DNA of 59,494 nt, filler included. It is 8 parts of 8 records of this genome, joined end to end, with 100 filler letters (N's around TTAATTAATTAA, not from the genome) between each part and the next. Parts side by side here need not be neighbours in the genome. Positions count along the whole stretch, not along the records: positions 52,570 to 59,494 come from SRR31147125_14381; 7 more parts are not named here. One strand, 5' to 3'. A model generated the notes under the pieces. That model made no database searches. It saw nothing but the letters and a program-made list of their open reading frames with translations, and was not told where the DNA came from. The position numbers and the translations under genes are program-made. This document shows positions 56,027 through 59,494 of this stretch, piece by piece; within the stretch, counting starts at the first letter, position 1; each line of letters starts with the position of its first letter.

Positions 56027-56277
56027 TTCAAATCTATAATTAATTATTTTTTATATTTTAAATATCATATATATTCTACCTTAAGTTTGTATGAAAATAC
56101 AATTTTAACACACATTTATTTCTAAGCATCTTTTCCTTAAATTTTACAAAATTAATTTTTATAATATTTTTTAAACTAATTGATTAACTGCTAATTATAA
56201 TGTAATATTGTATTATGTTGAATACAAGAATAATACAATATCATCCTATTGATTTTAAATTAAACAAGGAGTGTCAT

Positions 56278-57465
56278 ATGCGAAAACTATTATTGTACAT
56301 ATATATGTTTCTATTTTCAGCATCTTTGATTGCTGATGCCAACATTAACTTTCTCTCAACACAGTTAAATCCTGTTGAAGAATCTAAATTAATGAATGAC
56401 GTTATATTAAAAGATTTTCATTTTACAGTAAATTTTGAGCCATCCAATAATAAGGAACTAGTCGATTATTTGAAAAAAACAGACTCTGTTGATTTAATTG
56501 GAGGAACATATGGTAATTTTATAAATTTAAAAAATAACGCTCTACTTTATGATGTAGAGGATATTTTAGTTAATATTGATGCTAATCTTCTTTCTGAATT
56601 TAAAAACATCACAAAATTGAAAACTAAAAAATATTATTTTATTCCTTGGATGCAAGCAACATATATTATGGTTGCAAATAAAAAATCTCTAAAATATTTG
56701 CCTAGTGGAGCTGATATAAATAATCTAACATATTCTGAGTTTATTCAGTGGGGCAAAAACCTCTCTAATGGAACTGGCTCGAATAAAATAGGATTTCCTA
56801 TTGGAAAAAACGGATTATGGCATCGCTTCTTACAAGGATATCTATATCCATCTTACACTGGTAATATGTACAAAAACTTAAATAAAGAAGATACTAAATT
56901 AATGTGGAATGAACTTAAAAAATTATGGAAATATGTGAACAAAAGCTCTTTTGTATATAATAAAATGGATATACCTTTATTAAATGAAGATATTTGGGTT
57001 TCTTGGGATCATATAGCGCGCTTAACTGGAGTTTTTAAAGAGAATAAAAATGACTATATCACTTTCCCAACACCTATAGGACCAAAAGGAAGAGGTTATA
57101 TGCTGGTTCTTGCTGGCTTAGGGATTCCTGCAAATAAAAAGGTATCCAATGAAACAAACGAATTAATTCAATATTTACTCTCAGATAAAATTCAAATTTT
57201 AACAACAAATAGTATTGGATTCTTTCCAGTAACTAAAATAAAAAATGCTAAAAAATTTGATTTTCAAGATTTATACAAAACTATTCTTTTACAAGAACAG
57301 GGAAAAGATTCCATTATGACTTTACTCCCCACTAATCTGGGAGAAAAAGCCTCTGACTTTGATTTTACATACAAAAAAGCTTTTTCAAAAATTGTTTTAA
57401 GAAATAAAAATATCGATGAAATCATGGCCGAACAAAGTATTGAGATTCAAAATATAATTAATTAA
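56278..57465 (+). CDS. Orphan extracellular solute-binding protein (sugar-type)
   Basis: AAGGAG RBS, signal peptide, IPWMQATY, LQGYLYPSYTG, GPKGRGYM. Confidence 0.82.
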   Translation: MRKLLLYIYMFLFSASLIADANINFLSTQLNPVEESKLMNDVILKDFHFTVNFEPSNNKELVDYLKKTDSVDLIGGTYGNFINLKNNALLYDVEDILVNIDANLLSEFKNITKLKTKKYYFIPWMQATYIMVANKKSLKYLPSGADINNLTYSEFIQWGKNLSNGTGSNKIGFPIGKNGLWHRFLQGYLYPSYTGNMYKNLNKEDTKLMWNELKKLWKYVNKSSFVYNKMDIPLLNEDIWVSWDHIARLTGVFKENKNDYITFPTPIGPKGRGYMLVLAGLGIPANKKVSNETNELIQYLLSDKIQILTTNSIGFFPVTKIKNAKKFDFQDLYKTILLQEQGKDSIMTLLPTNLGEKASDFDFTYKKAFSKIVLRNKNIDEIMAEQSIEIQNIIN

Positions 57466-57490
57466 CTAATTGGGGGATTGGTGATATGTA

Positions 57491-59494
57491 ATGTTAAGTA
57501 AGATAAAAAAAATAACTTTTCTACTATTTTTTCTAATGATCTTTATAATTGGAGTCAGTAGCTTCTTTACAATGAAAAGTTTAAATAATGTTAGTGACAG
57601 GCTCCCTATTACTACTATTGAGCAGCATGGTAGTTTAAGAAATATGATAGATGGATTGGGTATGTTATCCAATTCTCTCACTTTGCTTAAGGAGTTTCCA
57701 GCAAATGAAAAATACATGTCAGAAGCTTCAATTAATTTAGATATCTCATATAGTTTATTTAATGATTTTAAAGATAAGCTACCAAAAATTAATCAAGAAA
57801 AATATAGGCTTTCTGTAAAAGAAATTGAGCTTCTTTTAGATGAGGCTGATGAGATAATTAACTATAAGGCTACTATCAAACGGGGAAGTATTGAAGTATT
57901 ATGGGTTAAATTAGATGAAGTAATTGTTCTCCTAAAAACAACTTATTTCGACACAAATAAAAAGGCTTCAATGCGTTTAGTCAGTGAAAGTAAAAGTTTG
58001 GCTCGAGTAAGTAATATTATGACATTTAGTTTCCTCACTATGTTGATTACTCTGTTATATATATGGCGCCTTTTTAGAGAGCAGGAGGTTGTTCAACTTG
58101 AATTGGAAAAATCTCAAAAGAAGCTAATAAAAGCGAATCAAGCTAAATCAGAATTTTTAGCTAACATGAGCCATGAGATTAGGACACCTATGAATGCAAT
58201 TATTGGATTAAATCACCTTCTAGAGAAAACTGATTTAAATAAACGACAAATAGACTATGTAGTAAAAATGAAAAAATCTGCTGTTCATCTACTAAATTTA
58301 ATAAATGATATTTTAGATTTAAGCAAAATTGAATCTGGTAAGCTTGAACTTGAAACGATGACATTTTCAATTGACTCATTACTTGAAGATATAGGAAACA
58401 TCACGAGTATCAAGGCTACTCAAAAATCTATAGAGCTTATCATTGGAAAAGACACTGATATTCCAAATTACCTTAGAGGTGATTTACTTCGATTAGAGCA
58501 AGTTCTTATAAATTTAATTAATAATGCGCTTAAATTTACTGAAAAAGGAGAGGTTGTATTAAAAATTAAACTACTTAGTAAAAGTGAGAATAAGGTTAAA
58601 CTTCTATTTAGTGTAAGTGATACAGGTATTGGAATAAAAAAAGATAATCTAAAAAAATTGTTTAATGAATTTTCACAAGTTGATGCATCCACTTCCAGAA
58701 AATATGGTGGTACTGGATTAGGTCTAAGCATTAGTAGTAAACTGGTAAAAATGATGTCAGGAAAATTGGAAGTAGAGAGTGAATTAGGAAAAGGAAGTAG
58801 ATTTTATTTCGATATTGAACTAGGTATTGATAATAAAAAACTCACTGAAAAAGAGATCTATCCTATTCCTGAAAAAATTAGAGAGATTAAAATTTTATTA
58901 ATTGAAAATAATAATACTGTAAGAAAAATAATGGAAGATTATCTAAGTGATCTTGGTGTAAAACACTATTGCATTCACTCAAGTGAAAACGCAGAAAAAA
59001 TGCTTGTTCATGAGAAATTTGATCTTGTCTTCATTGACTATAACATTAATAATAATAACGGCATTAAAATATGGGATAAAATTAGCAGTAACCCAATGAT
59101 AATAAATAAACCAAATATCATATTAACAACTTCCAATGCCAACGAGGAGATTATCTCAAAAGCTGAAAGTAAAAAGATACAAAATATTTTAATTAAACCT
59201 ATTAGTGAATCTATGATTTATAACTCAATAATCGAAATACTTCATACTAGAGGTCAAAAAGATTATACTATTAATACCTCTGATAGCACTCATTCTATTA
59301 GCTTTGAAATGATTCGAGGTGCTAAAATTTTAGTTGTAGAAGACAATGATATTAATCAACAAGTTATAAAAGAGCTCTTAGAAGAAGAACAGTTTGAAGT
59401 AACTGTAGCATCTAGTGGACAAGAGTGCATAGATATCTTAAATAAAAACAATGTCTTTGACCTCATTTTAATGGACATTCAAATGCCTGAAATG
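57491..59494 (+). CDS. Hybrid histidine kinase with two receiver domains (runs off the window)
   Basis: N-terminal [20 protein letters not shown] in frame at 58142, GGTGLGL, ILVVEDN, ends in MDIQMPEM; missing from the ORF track. Confidence 0.92.
   Translation, partial: MLSKIKKITFLLFFLMIFIIGVSSFFTMKSLNNVSDRLPITTIEQHGSLRNMIDGLGMLSNSLTLLKEFPANEKYMSEASINLDISYSLFNDFKDKLPKINQEKYRLSVKEIELLLDEADEIINYKATIKRGSIEVLWVKLDEVIVLLKTTYFDTNKKASMRLVSESKSLARVSNIMTFSFLTMLITLLYIWRLFREQEVVQLELEKSQKKLIKANQAKSEFLANMSHEIRTPMNAIIGLNHLLEKTDLNKRQIDYVVKMKKSAVHLLNLINDILDLSKIESGKLELETMTFSIDSLLEDIGNITSIKATQKSIELIIGKDTDIPNYLRGDLLRLEQVLINLINNALKFTEKGEVVLKIKLLSKSENKVKLLFSVSDTGIGIKKDNLKKLFNEFSQVDASTSRKYGGTGLGLSISSKLVKMMSGKLEVESELGKGSRFYFDIELGIDNKKLTEKEIYPIPEKIREIKILLIENNNTVRKIMEDYLSDLGVKHYCIHSSENAEKMLVHEKFDLVFIDYNINNNNGIKIWDKISSNPMIINKPNIILTTSNANEEIISKAESKKIQNILIKPISESMIYNSIIEILHTRGQKDYTINTSDSTHSISFEMIRGAKILVVEDNDINQQVIKELLEEEQFEVTVASSGQECIDILNKNNVFDLILMDIQMPEM

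Noticed and set aside
1-59494. CRISPR arrays, rRNA or complete tRNA genes
   Set aside because: None recognised on reading; tRNAscan-SE and Infernal were not run.

Overview
This window is not one locus. It is eight unrelated contigs joined by 100-nt artificial linkers (N44-TTAATTAATTAA-N44), consistent with a metagenome from an anoxic habitat. (1) 1-5062: deltaproteobacterium-like pyrB/pyrR with a PyrR attenuator, lepB, lepA and an amino-acid binding protein. (2) 5163-10843: head module of a Mu-like phage. Its MuF protein carries a C-terminal HExxH metallopeptidase-like extension, followed by a convergent small acidic ORF (candidate toxin-immunity pair). (3) 10944-21994: low-GC Firmicutes-like sugar ABC and two-component locus, a decayed IS6 and an MCP pseudogene. 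(4) 22095-31231: hipBA-like module, small accessory genes, and a methyltransferase + FecBCD-type ABC operon behind NikR-like palindromes. (5) 31332-37172: xylose ABC genes, lrp-azlCD, galE and a HAD hydrolase. (6) 37273-42639: a eukaryotic contig. It holds a HERC-type (RCC1+HECT) E3 ligase gene that I spliced by hand into 38 exons and 37 introns of 45-68 nt (~1018 aa, about 12 introns per kb of CDS). (7) 42740-52469: Mrp antiporter operon, U32 protein, DEAD-box helicase and a sat-cysC fusion. (8) 52570-59494: two hybrid histidine kinases flanking an orphan solute-binding protein. Six frameshifts in four contigs are all single-base losses in homopolymers and are probably sequencing errors. All assignments come from motif recognition by eye; no database searches were run.
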